This document shows positions 19,094 through 27,957 of a stretch of 64,000 nucleotides of DNA, piece after piece (positions within the stretch are counted from its first letter, which is position 1; every line of letters begins with the position of its first letter). The position numbers and the translations under genes are program-made. The stretch covers positions 60 to 64,059 of the forward strand of contig JBAXUB010000004.1 in assembly GCA_037129895.1 (NCBI GenBank), given 5' to 3'. The notes below the pieces were generated by a model, which did not search any database, had not been told where the DNA came from, and was given only the letters and a program-made list of their open reading frames with translations. Origin of the DNA: Candidatus Tayloriibacteriota bacterium (GTDB lineage: Bacteria > Patescibacteriota > Minisyncoccia > Phycocordibacterales > PALSA-1337).

Positions 19094-19285
19094 ATGAATC
19101 GCAGGAAAAACCGAGTGGATCACGCAATTGACAAGATGGAGTCGCTTCAGTACTTGTACTTCGCGGCTTGGGGTATAGTGCTCATAGGTGCGGTAAGAGC
19201 AGTCTTATACGCCTTCGGCATGAAACTCACCCAGTGTTGGGTGGATGCGCCGCTACGGTGGCTTGTCCATTTCATGGGTTTCTGA
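19094..19285 (+). CDS. Small hypothetical membrane protein
   Basis: Own promoter, aagga SD-like site, hydrophobic segment, terminator-like hairpin at 19303-19332. Confidence 0.55.
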   Translation: MNRRKNRVDHAIDKMESLQYLYFAAWGIVLIGAVRAVLYAFGMKLTQCWVDAPLRWLVHFMGF

Positions 19286-19388
19286 TTAATAACGTGATTC
19301 ATAAAAGACTTGCTCAAAAGGCAGGTCTTTTTCTATACGTCATGATATATTATTTTCTAAACTATTCAGATTATGTTAATATATTGAT

Positions 19389-21689
19389 GTGGAAAGAATC
19401 CCAGAAGAACCAAATTTTCATGAAATATCTGAAAAAAGGAAGGAACTCCGAGGGGCTATTTCTGAACTTGGTGATAAGGGACCTATTTTTGAAAAGCACT
19501 ATAAAAAACCACTAGCCGAGGCGGATGAGGAGGCGAGCAAATTCAAAATAGAAGATTTTGGTGGTATTAGTGGTGCCAAGAAAGTTCTCAAAAAACAAAA
19601 ATCCAAATACGAAGAAGATTTTTCTGAAGATAGGGCTCATATTGATTATGAAACTATTTTGAAGGTAGCGCCAGAAGTGGGCGAAGTGCAAAAGATAACA
19701 GAAGAGATTGCCGATCTTAAGGATTTTAGGATGCGTCGAATGTTAGAGCTTTTAAGCCCGCAAACTTCACTTTCAGCTAAAACGAGAAACGAAGCTGTGC
19801 TTAAAACTGTAAAAGAAGAAATCAGAGAAAACGAAGAAAAATTAGAAGAGGCTGACTCGTTGGTTTTACGCCAGGCAGAGCTTATCGAATACAAAGAAAA
19901 TTTGGCCAAGAGTGGTCATATTTGCATCACACCTAGTGTAGAAAAAGATCTGGAGGCGATAGGCGACAGAATGCTTACTGGCAAGCCGATGTTTCTACAT
20001 GGTCCTACAGGTACAGGAAAAACTTCTCTAGCCAGATTCGCTGCTACTCATTTTACTGGCAATGACCCGGAAATGGTTTTTTGTAATCCACAGACTAAGG
20101 AATCAAATGTCTGGGGGAAGACCGGTATTAAGCCAGCGGGAGGCGGAGCGATAGAAACTGTGGAGATTTATGGCCCGCTCGCCAAAGCAATGATAGACGG
20201 CAAGACCGTGATTTTTGATGAATTTACCGCTTTGCCAAAAGAGCAAATGGTTTTCATTAAAGGTGTTTTTAATGCCAAGGTGGGGGATAGAATAAATATT
20301 GTTGGCAATGGCATCGTCGAAATTGCTCCCGGTTTCCAAATGATTTTTACCGCCAACTTGAAATCTGAGAAAAATCCCGAGAGGCAGGATTTACCGCCAG
20401 AAATTGCCCGAGAATTTGAACAAAATAACCTAGAGGTCAAATATACACCCCAAGGTGAAGCTTACGACATTATGCTTTCTAGGCTTCTGAATCGAGACGG
20501 TTCTATCGATATGTCTTTTTATGATTTGAATACCACTCTGCCGAATCTTTGTAAAGTGATGACAGAAATCCAGGAATCGTATACCAACGAGACTGATAAA
20601 GAGGTGGCGAGAAGAGCAGGGGCAATGGATGCTTCCGGTAAGGTTTATTCCTTGAAAAAATTTGTGATGACACAGGGTTCAGTGGAAGCAATTTTGTCTT
20701 CATATTTGATAGAAAAACAGACGGGCAGGAAGGAGAGAAGTTTCGCAGAATTTTTGGATGAAAGATTCATGACAGCTCTGACTTTCAAAGAATACCCCAA
20801 AGAAGATAGAATCTTGGTGGCTAAGATTTTAGCGTCCAAAGGATTTTTGTTGACATTAAATGTCAAAGATTTGGATTTACCGGAAGATATTTTTCAGTTG
20901 AATACCATCAAAGCAATGCGTGGGGAAGATGCCGTAGAAGAACTCCAAAAAGAGTCTGGTGCGGTTAAACATCTAACCTTGAAGGAGGTGGCGGAGCTCG
21001 ACCCGTTCCATAAAAGGCCAGAATTATTGAAAAAACAAGCAGAAGCACTTTTGGGAGATGAAAAGAGCGAAAAAGACCCATTTTTAAAAAGCTTGAATAA
21101 AAAAATGGAGAAAATTTTTGGTAAGGAGAAACCAGTCAATATAATTGATCTATTGATCGCCCACGAACCTTTCCTCAGAGAAACTTTTGGTAAATGGTAC
21201 AGTGGTGATCAAAAGAAGATCGATATTCCTCAAAGACCATCTCTTGTCGACCCGCAATCGTTAGACTTTTCCTCCCTCAAATCCGATATTGACCCTTCAA
21301 AATTCGGTGAATACACCCTAAACCCCGAATGTCTCGGCCTAGACTTCAAAACTGCCAAAATCAAGGTCCTAGATATCCAAAAAGAAATCAAAACTAACAA
21401 ACTAACTGATATAGCCTCCATTGGTAAATACATTATTGACACCTACAGCAAAGACTATATCATCCCAGATATCTCCTTTTGGCAGTGGATGATTGAAAAA
21501 GGTGCCAATGCTCCAACTGAACTTCTGGATGGCAACTATCACTTTTGTTTCGGCTCTATCCTCCGCCGCTCGGGTGGCGATGCTGAGGTGCCTTATGCGA
21601 ATTGGCTTGGCTCTGAGTTCAGTCGGGATGCCCGCAGGTGAGACAATGACTGGCGCTCCAGCTATCGGGTTGCTCTCCTCGAGAGGTAG
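19389..21689 (+). CDS. DGR target 1: MoxR/CbbQ-type AAA+ ATPase with a C-terminal variable domain; premature TGA at 21639-21641, next in-frame TAG at 21687-21689
   Basis: Walker A GPTGTGKT, Walker B VIFDE, FTAN sensor; the 3' end contains VR1. Confidence 0.85.
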
Positions 21690-21766
21690 TGTTTGTATTG
21701 ACCTTGGCCTTTTGACTTTTGTCTTGTCCCCATCGTCTGTTCTCTTTGATTCTTTTGGATTTTGCA
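21165..21766 (+). repeat. 602-bp direct repeat, copy 1 (appears identical to 25868-26469)
   Basis: Compared by eye at offset 4703; no differences seen. Confidence 0.9.
21558..21681 (+). mobile_element. DGR variable region VR1
   Basis: 124-bp ungapped match to the TR with 16 mismatches, 15 of them at TR adenines. Confidence 0.95.
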
Positions 21767-21797
21767 ATCCTCCCGAATGTAATCATTCGGGAGGATT
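21766..21797. other. Perfect hairpin downstream of VR1 (DGR homing cruciform and/or terminator)
   Basis: aatcctcccgaatg-taat-cattcgggaggatt, 14-bp stem. Confidence 0.7.
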
Positions 21798-22041
21798 TGT
21801 CCTATGTTATACTTGTCAGGCATATACAATAATGCGTCCGGGTACGCTTTGACGCGCTATATGCCGAGACCAACAGAACAGAGTCAAGTGCGGTTATCCA
21901 AACTTGAGCGTGTCTGCTGGTGGTGTAATAATTAAACACACTCTGTGAAGCCCACCAAGACATTATGATGTCAAAGACAAAAACCATCCGTGCTTAGGTG
22001 TCATCACGTGCGGGATTGGATATAGATGATGGGCTTCGCTA

Positions 22042-22165
22042 ATCCTCCGCAACTCGGATGGCGATGCTAAGGTGCCTTATGCGAATTGGAATGGCACTGA
22101 GTTCAATCGGAATGCCAACAGGTTAGACAATGACTGGAACTCCAACTATCGAGTTGCTCTCCTCG
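22042..22165 (+). ncRNA. DGR template region (TR)
   Basis: A-rich copy of the VRs with 9 AAY codons in the VR frame; lies between target 1 and avd/RT. Confidence 0.95.
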
Positions 22166-22195
22166 TTACTGTGTTGATTTTCCACCAATTTGGAA

Positions 22196-22567
22196 TTATT
22201 TAAATTGGTGGTTTTGTTTTTTTATTTGGTTTTTCCAGCCGTATAACATTTTGCCGACTTCCTCAACTTTTTGCGACAGGCTAAAAAAAGTATTTTGATC
22301 TAGTCCTTTAAGCTCAAATAAAGCATAGAACATAAACTTAAGCGTATCATTCTTGGTAATGGCGGACATAATCAGTTCTGTGCGAAGGTGAGGTTCGCTA
22401 TAATATGCCGAAGCGATTGATTCTATCATCGTTGCTAGTATCGTCTCGATTCGTATACCCATGGAATAGCGAAGCGATTTGGGAATATGTTTCGTTTTGA
22501 GTTGCCAATCTACATAAAGAGCCAATACTTTTAAGCTTATGCTGGGCAGTTTGCTTGTCGTAGTCAT
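22196..22567 (-). CDS. avd: DGR accessory variability determinant (Avd-like four-helix bundle)
   Basis: 123 aa, PKSLRYSMG near the N-terminus and EEVGKMLYGW at the C-terminus; adjacent to TR and RT. Confidence 0.8.
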   Translation of the reverse strand: MTTTSKLPSISLKVLALYVDWQLKTKHIPKSLRYSMGIRIETILATMIESIASAYYSEPHLRTELIMSAITKNDTLKFMFYALFELKGLDQNTFFSLSQKVEEVGKMLYGWKNQIKKQNHQFK

Positions 22568-22581
22568 TTTGCCTATTGTAT

Positions 22582-23586
22582 ATGAAAAAAAATAAAAATA
22601 ACATACCCACCTTCGATGAAATTATAACCCTACCCTCGCTGTTTTCAGCATGGCGAGAGTTTGTTTGTGGCAAGAAATCAAAAGGTGATGTGGCGATATT
22701 TGCTATAAATTTATATTCTAATTTGCGAGCTCTAGGCACTGATTTGATGTATGACAGGTATCAGCATGGCGGATACGAATATTTTAAAGTCAAAGATCCG
22801 AAAGAACGCGACATTCATAAGGCGAGTGTGAGAGATCGGGTTGTTCATCATCTTTTATATTCTGCACTCTATGATCATTTTGACCATTATTTTATTTATG
22901 ATTCGTATTCTTGTCGGAATGGCAAAGGCACACACCGTGCAGTGGAGCGGTTTGCTAGATTTGTGTATTCTGTGAGCCAGAGAAATACGCAACCAGTTTG
23001 GATTCTTAAATGTGATATCCGAAAATGCTTTGCTTCAGTTGATCATAGTATCTTACTCGCTATATTAAAACGGCATATCTGTTGTCCGCATTTATCTGGT
23101 ATCGTTAGATCGGTAATTAGAAGCTTTTCAAGTGGCTTGGAAGGAAAAGGAATTCCGTTAGGTAATCTTACTAGCCAGTTATTTATTAATGTTTATCTTC
23201 ACGAATTAGACACATATATTAAAAGAACGCTCGGAGTAAAATATTATATCCGTTATGCTGATGATTTTGTAATTATGGCCAATAGCCGCTTCCTACTGGA
23301 CAATCAGCTCATCCTTATCCGCCATTTTTTGGAAACTAAACTCAAAATGCAAATTCATCCCGATAAAATATTCATTAAAACACTGGCGACAGGATTAGGT
23401 TTCCTCGGCTGGATAAAGTTTTTTGATCACTTGATTCCACGGGCTTCTACTAGACGGCGGATGTTTAAAACAATTAAAAATAGTCCGCATCGGGAAGTAA
23501 CAATACAGTCATATCTCGGAATGCTATCGCACGGGAATACGCACAAACTCCGGGAAATAATCCGGCAAATGCTTGATGGAAAATAG
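22582..23586 (+). CDS. DGR reverse transcriptase
   Basis: KERDIH..RDRVVHH, SYSCRNGKGTH, LKCDIRKCF, GIPLGNLTSQLF, YIRYADDF, FLG. No maturase or endonuclease domain seen. ATG at 22582. Confidence 0.95.
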   Translation: MKKNKNNIPTFDEIITLPSLFSAWREFVCGKKSKGDVAIFAINLYSNLRALGTDLMYDRYQHGGYEYFKVKDPKERDIHKASVRDRVVHHLLYSALYDHFDHYFIYDSYSCRNGKGTHRAVERFARFVYSVSQRNTQPVWILKCDIRKCFASVDHSILLAILKRHICCPHLSGIVRSVIRSFSSGLEGKGIPLGNLTSQLFINVYLHELDTYIKRTLGVKYYIRYADDFVIMANSRFLLDNQLILIRHFLETKLKMQIHPDKIFIKTLATGLGFLGWIKFFDHLIPRASTRRRMFKTIKNSPHREVTIQSYLGMLSHGNTHKLREIIRQMLDGK

Positions 23587-23618
23587 AAAAAGCAGAAGAA
23601 ATTTGGTAGAATGACAAT

Positions 23619-25508
23619 ATGGAACGACTAGATATTATAGAAACAAAAACAGGAAAAAAGCCAGAAGAAATTGCTGAGGATAGCGAGCATGCTGAGGCGG
23701 TGGCATTGGTGGAAAAGCATAGGGATTTTTTTGAGCATTATGCCAAAGGTAAGATAAAAATTGAGCCGGCACCTAAAAGCATACCCACTTTTGCTTTTAA
23801 TTTGGAAAAGAACACCATTTATGTAAATTCAATGTTCTATAAAAAGCTGGGTTTGTCTGAAGAAAAAACAGTCTTTGCAACTCTACATGAGATAGAACAT
23901 TTTATGGAAAAATTGCAGATTCTCTCTGAAGATGGCGGTGAGAAATCTTTTGATAAGTATTTAAAGAGAATCAAAGCTTCTAAAGCCTATTCTCTGATGG
24001 ATAATTGCGTGGCGGATATTCGCGAGAATCGGGCAGTGGTTGGAAAGACCAATAAAGGAATGGGTGAGCTGGAGGAAAAAACCTACAAAGAGGATCTGTT
24101 CGCGGAAACCGATTTTACCAAACAACCTAGGCATATCCAACTTAGTCAGGCACTTTTGAGAGAGGCTAGAGTACCGGATGAAAAGTGCGATGTATCGTCG
24201 GAAGTGAGGCAAGCGCTTGATGAGGTGGGAAAAGTGAAAGGTTTGATGGAAATAATGACGAACCCAGAAACGCCAATGTCCATGCGTATGAAATTGCAAG
24301 ATAAATATATCTGGCCGAAAGTGGAATCACTTTTGGAAAAAGATATGGAGGATAAGAAAAAACAAAAAGAGCAAGAAAAAAAGGAAAAAGAAAAGGGAGA
24401 AGGGAATGATGGTCGAGAATCAGGTGAAGGTAAGGAAGGGCAAGAGGGTGATAAGGACGAAGAAACAGACCCGAATAAAACATTTGCAGACGAGTATGCC
24501 AGGGCGGAGGCGAAATTTCCCGAAGCTGTGCCGATAGAAGAGATAGAAAAAGCCTTGAAAGAATGGAAAGAAGCGCAAAAAGGTAAAGACAATAATGATA
24601 AAGCAGACGAGGACTATGCAAAGAAAATCGGCGTGGAGAAAGAAGATTTGCAGGACTACAGGAAAATAGTAGAAAATTTGGAAAAAACTGTGAATCCGGA
24701 AACGGATGTTGGTATATTAGACGAATTAAAAAATCTTTTTTCTAGAATTATTGCCAAACGAATAAAGGTTGCTCAAGTACCAAAGTATCCAGTAGAAGAA
24801 GGGGATGAATTGACCGATCCGGCGCAACTCGTGGCAGATGTAAAATCTGGCAATCTTCAACCGAAAGTCTGGGAAGATACAGAAATTATAGAAAAAAAGG
24901 GAAACAGATTTGGTGAAGTAGAAATCACCTTGGTTTGTGATCAGTCTGGTTCCATGGCGGGGCAGAAAGCGGAAGAGCAGAGAAAGTCTGCTGTTTTGGT
25001 AATGGAGGTATTGAAAGAGTTTGGGGAGCTGTGTGAAGCAGAAAAGATAAATATAGACAAACCGCTCGAAGTAAAGTCTGAGATTTACGGTTTCGGTGCT
25101 GGTGATGATGAAAAGCCAATGAAAAAGATGTCTGCGGAGCTTGGTGAAGCGGAAAGGATAGAAGTGCTGAAAAGACTTTATGATGTGCCAGGTGGAACGA
25201 CTGATTTCAATTGTTTGGAAGCAATAGATGGCAATTTGACTGAAAATATAAAAAATAAAATCAAGATTGGCGAGCTTAAAAAAATAGTGATTGTCTTTAC
25301 CGATGGTGGAAGTGATAATCCAGGGAGAGTGCAGGGTGTTTTAAAAAGCTTGAGAGATGGTGGAGTGATAGCGATCGGTGTGGGGATTACTAGCGAAGGA
25401 ACACCAGTCTTGTCTACTTATGCGCCGAATGCATTGGTGGTGGAAGATGTAAGTAAATTACCAATCGTTTTGGGTGAACTTTTAAAAGAACATTTGAAAG
25501 ATTTATAG
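23619..25508 (+). CDS. HExxH metallopeptidase-like plus acidic linker plus von Willebrand A domain protein (CobT/NorD-like partner of a MoxR ATPase)
   Basis: LHEIEH; MIDAS DQSGS, GGTT, VFTDG; E/K/G-rich linker. Confidence 0.8.
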   Translation: MERLDIIETKTGKKPEEIAEDSEHAEAVALVEKHRDFFEHYAKGKIKIEPAPKSIPTFAFNLEKNTIYVNSMFYKKLGLSEEKTVFATLHEIEHFMEKLQILSEDGGEKSFDKYLKRIKASKAYSLMDNCVADIRENRAVVGKTNKGMGELEEKTYKEDLFAETDFTKQPRHIQLSQALLREARVPDEKCDVSSEVRQALDEVGKVKGLMEIMTNPETPMSMRMKLQDKYIWPKVESLLEKDMEDKKKQKEQEKKEKEKGEGNDGRESGEGKEGQEGDKDEETDPNKTFADEYARAEAKFPEAVPIEEIEKALKEWKEAQKGKDNNDKADEDYAKKIGVEKEDLQDYRKIVENLEKTVNPETDVGILDELKNLFSRIIAKRIKVAQVPKYPVEEGDELTDPAQLVADVKSGNLQPKVWEDTEIIEKKGNRFGEVEITLVCDQSGSMAGQKAEEQRKSAVLVMEVLKEFGELCEAEKINIDKPLEVKSEIYGFGAGDDEKPMKKMSAELGEAERIEVLKRLYDVPGGTTDFNCLEAIDGNLTENIKNKIKIGELKKIVIVFTDGGSDNPGRVQGVLKSLRDGGVIAIGVGITSEGTPVLSTYAPNALVVEDVSKLPIVLGELLKEHLKDL

Positions 25509-25528
25509 TTTAAGCCTATAATTGCAAT

Positions 25529-26392
25529 ATGAATTTTGAATCTATCGTAAACATGGCCAAGGGGTCAAAGAAAGAGGAAATAGTCAAAAAACCGGAAAAA
25601 TCCCAAGAGGAACTCCGAGGAGCTTTGGAGTCAAAATTAGAATCTTCGAAACCAGTCTTGCAAGAGGGAATCAAAGAATATGAGCAGGCTTTGAAAGATG
25701 ATACTTTCGAAGACCAAGATGGTGAGGCAGAAGGAGCTGGTGAGAAAAGGAAGGAAGCTATGCAAGCCAAGCTCAGCTCCATGTTTGACCGAGCGGAAAA
25801 AATGAGGAAGCAATTGGACAGTGGTGAAATTCTCGAGCAAATTCCTGAGGCCGATACTATCTTACGGGAACCTTTCCTCAGAGAAACTTTTGGTAAATGG
25901 TACAGTGGTGATCAAAAGAAGATCGATATTCCTCAAAGACCATCTCTTGTCGACCCGCAATCGTTAGACTTTTCCTCCCTCAAATCCGATATTGACCCTT
26001 CAAAATTCGGTGAATACACCCTAAACCCCGAATGTCTCGGCCTAGACTTCAAAACTGCCAAAATCAAGGTCCTAGATATCCAAAAAGAAATCAAAACTAA
26101 CAAACTAACTGATATAGCCTCCATTGGTAAATACATTATTGACACCTACAGCAAAGACTATATCATCCCAGATATCTCCTTTTGGCAGTGGATGATTGAA
26201 AAAGGTGCCAATGCTCCAACTGAACTTCTGGATGGCAACTATCACTTTTGTTTCGGCTCTATCCTCCGCCGCTCGGGTGGCGATGCTGAGGTGCCTTATG
26301 CGAATTGGCTTGGCTCTGAGTTCAGTCGGGATGCCCGCAGGTGAGACAATGACTGGCGCTCCAGCTATCGGGTTGCTCTCCTCGAGAGGTAG
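25529..26392 (+). CDS. DGR target 2: coiled-coil N-terminus plus the same variable domain; premature TGA at 26342-26344, next in-frame TAG at 26390-26392
   Basis: C-terminal part identical to target 1, including VR2. Confidence 0.8.
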
Positions 26393-26469
26393 TGTTTGTA
26401 TTGACCTTGGCCTTTTGACTTTTGTCTTGTCCCCATCGTCTGTTCTCTTTGATTCTTTTGGATTTTGCA
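25868..26469 (+). repeat. 602-bp direct repeat, copy 2
   Basis: Appears identical to 21165-21766. Confidence 0.9.
26261..26384 (+). mobile_element. DGR variable region VR2
   Basis: Same sequence as VR1. Confidence 0.9.
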
Positions 26470-26496
26470 TTATAGTTATCATGGAATTGTTCCAAA

Positions 26497-26583
26497 GTCG
26501 GAGTGGTGAAATTGGCAAACACGCAGCGTTCAGAACGCTGTGAGCTCACGCTCTTGGGGGTTCAAGTCCCCCCTCCGGCACCA
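26497..26583 (+). tRNA. tRNA-Leu(CAG), CCA encoded
   Basis: Acceptor gtcggag/ctccggc, anticodon arm cagcg-ttCAGaa-cgctg, long variable arm, ggggg-ttcaagt-ccccc T-arm. Confidence 0.93.
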
Positions 26584-26599
26584 AAATCAGCAGACCACT

Positions 26600-26727
26600 A
26601 AGCAAGCCAATAATTTGGCTTGCGGCGGGGGACTTGAAAAGGTCGAGTATATTTTCGAGCGGCTATGCCGTGAGAAAATACGAGACCTGTACCGAAGCTG
26701 TAAGCTTCAAGTCCCCCCTCCGGCACA
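26600..26727 (+). repeat. tRNA-3'-end-associated structured repeat matched to tRNA-Leu
   Basis: Antisense T-arm gggggacttgaa, conserved core, then a direct copy of the tRNA-Leu 3' end (26706-26726). Confidence 0.8.
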
Positions 26728-26905
26728 TTTTTTTTTGCTATTTTCCTCATATTTTGCTAGTCTATATTCTACTGGTTTGAGGTATCAGCTCTGATCTATT
26801 CTCTCAGCAAAATATCTCCGATCTGTAAATGCGCGCGTAGCTGTCTTGGTAGGTCTAAGACATCGGGCGGGCAAATAATGTTTCGTTGATAAATAGAGTT
26901 TATAT

Positions 26906-26978
26906 GCGCGCGTAGCTCAGTTGGTAGAGCACGCCACTGATACTGGCGGGGTCCCAGGTTCGAATCCTGGCGCGCGCA
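26906..26978 (+). tRNA. tRNA-Ile(GAT), CCA not encoded
   Basis: gcgcgcg acceptor, gctc/gagc D-arm, cgcca-ctGATac-tggcg anticodon arm, ccagg-ttcgaat-cctgg T-arm. Confidence 0.92.
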
Positions 26979-27087
26979 CCCGAGTAAATCCGCTTATGCG
27001 GATTTTTAGTTGAGGTTTTATGTATGAGAGCGGAATTTTCCATTATGTCAATATTGCTTTTTTCTCTTCAAATGAGAAAATTGGAGC

Positions 27088-27939
27088 ATGGAGAAAGAGA
27101 AAAAATATTTAGCAATATTTGAAGGTAAACAAATTCGCCGACACTGGGATGGTGGTTCGGAGAAGTGGTATTTTTCTGTAGTTGATGTTGTTGGTGCGTT
27201 ATCAGGTAGCGAGCGCCCAAGAAAATATTGGGATGATCTAAAGCGACGTCTTTTTGATGAAGGAAGTGAAGTGTCCGCAAAAATCGGACAGTTGAAAATG
27301 GTGGCCGAGGATGGTAAATTGCGTGACACTGACTGTGCTGAAACCGAGGTGATGCTCCGTATTGTCCAGTCGATCCCTTCTCCAAATGCTGAACCATTCA
27401 AACTCTGGCTTGCAAAGGTTGGTTATGAACGGCTTGAGGAGACTGCAGATCCTGAACTCGCCATATTACGTGCACTAAAAACATACCTGAGTAAAGGTTA
27501 TTCATTGAATTGGATAAACCAACGCTTGAAAAGCATTGAGATACGCAAGGAACTTACAGATGAATGGGAAAAGTGTGGCGTAAAAGAAGGGTTTGAGTTT
27601 GCTATACTGACAGACGAGATATCAAAGGCTTGGACAGGGATGACAACTAGAGAGTACAAAAGCTTAAAAAATTTAAAGAAAGAAAATCTACGAGACAATA
27701 TGACAAACCTCGAATTGGTACTAAATATGTTAGCAGAGACCGCTACAACGGAGATTTCCAAGAAGGAAGCACCAAGAGGATTTGAACCGAGCAGAAAAGT
27801 TGCAAAAGATGGTGGAAGTATTGCTGGCAATGCGAGAAAACAAATCGAGCAGAAAATTGGAAAATCTATTTTGACAAGTGACAATTTCGAGACATTTAAG
27901 AATAAGTCTCTTAAGGAAAAAGGCAGTCAATCTATTTAA
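27088..27939 (+). CDS. Bro-N domain / antirepressor-like protein (paralog of 1675-2520)
   Basis: Long identical stretches with 1675-2520. Confidence 0.75.
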   Translation: MEKEKKYLAIFEGKQIRRHWDGGSEKWYFSVVDVVGALSGSERPRKYWDDLKRRLFDEGSEVSAKIGQLKMVAEDGKLRDTDCAETEVMLRIVQSIPSPNAEPFKLWLAKVGYERLEETADPELAILRALKTYLSKGYSLNWINQRLKSIEIRKELTDEWEKCGVKEGFEFAILTDEISKAWTGMTTREYKSLKNLKKENLRDNMTNLELVLNMLAETATTEISKKEAPRGFEPSRKVAKDGGSIAGNARKQIEQKIGKSILTSDNFETFKNKSLKEKGSQSI

Positions 27940-27957
27940 ATTTGATCACAAGCCATA

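Noticed and set aside
21639-21641. TGA recoded as Gly/Trp (genetic code 25 or 4) or as selenocysteine
   Set aside because: TGA ends intact genes in this window, other long genes have no internal TGA, and no SECIS or sel genes are visible.
21402-21852. Alternative-frame and antisense ORFs over the VRs (21402-21767, 21493-21852, 26105-26518, 26196-26543)
   Set aside because: They are shadows of the target genes and appear twice only because of the 602-bp repeat.
22582-23586. RT as a group II intron, retron or CRISPR-associated RT
   Set aside because: It has no maturase/endonuclease domain and no cas genes nearby, while a TR/VR pair with adenine-specific mismatches and an Avd-like gene are adjacent.
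26700-26727. attR of an integrated prophage or island at tRNA-Leu
   Set aside because: The duplicate tRNA end is only about 120 bp from the tRNA with no genes between, so it is better explained as part of the structured repeat.
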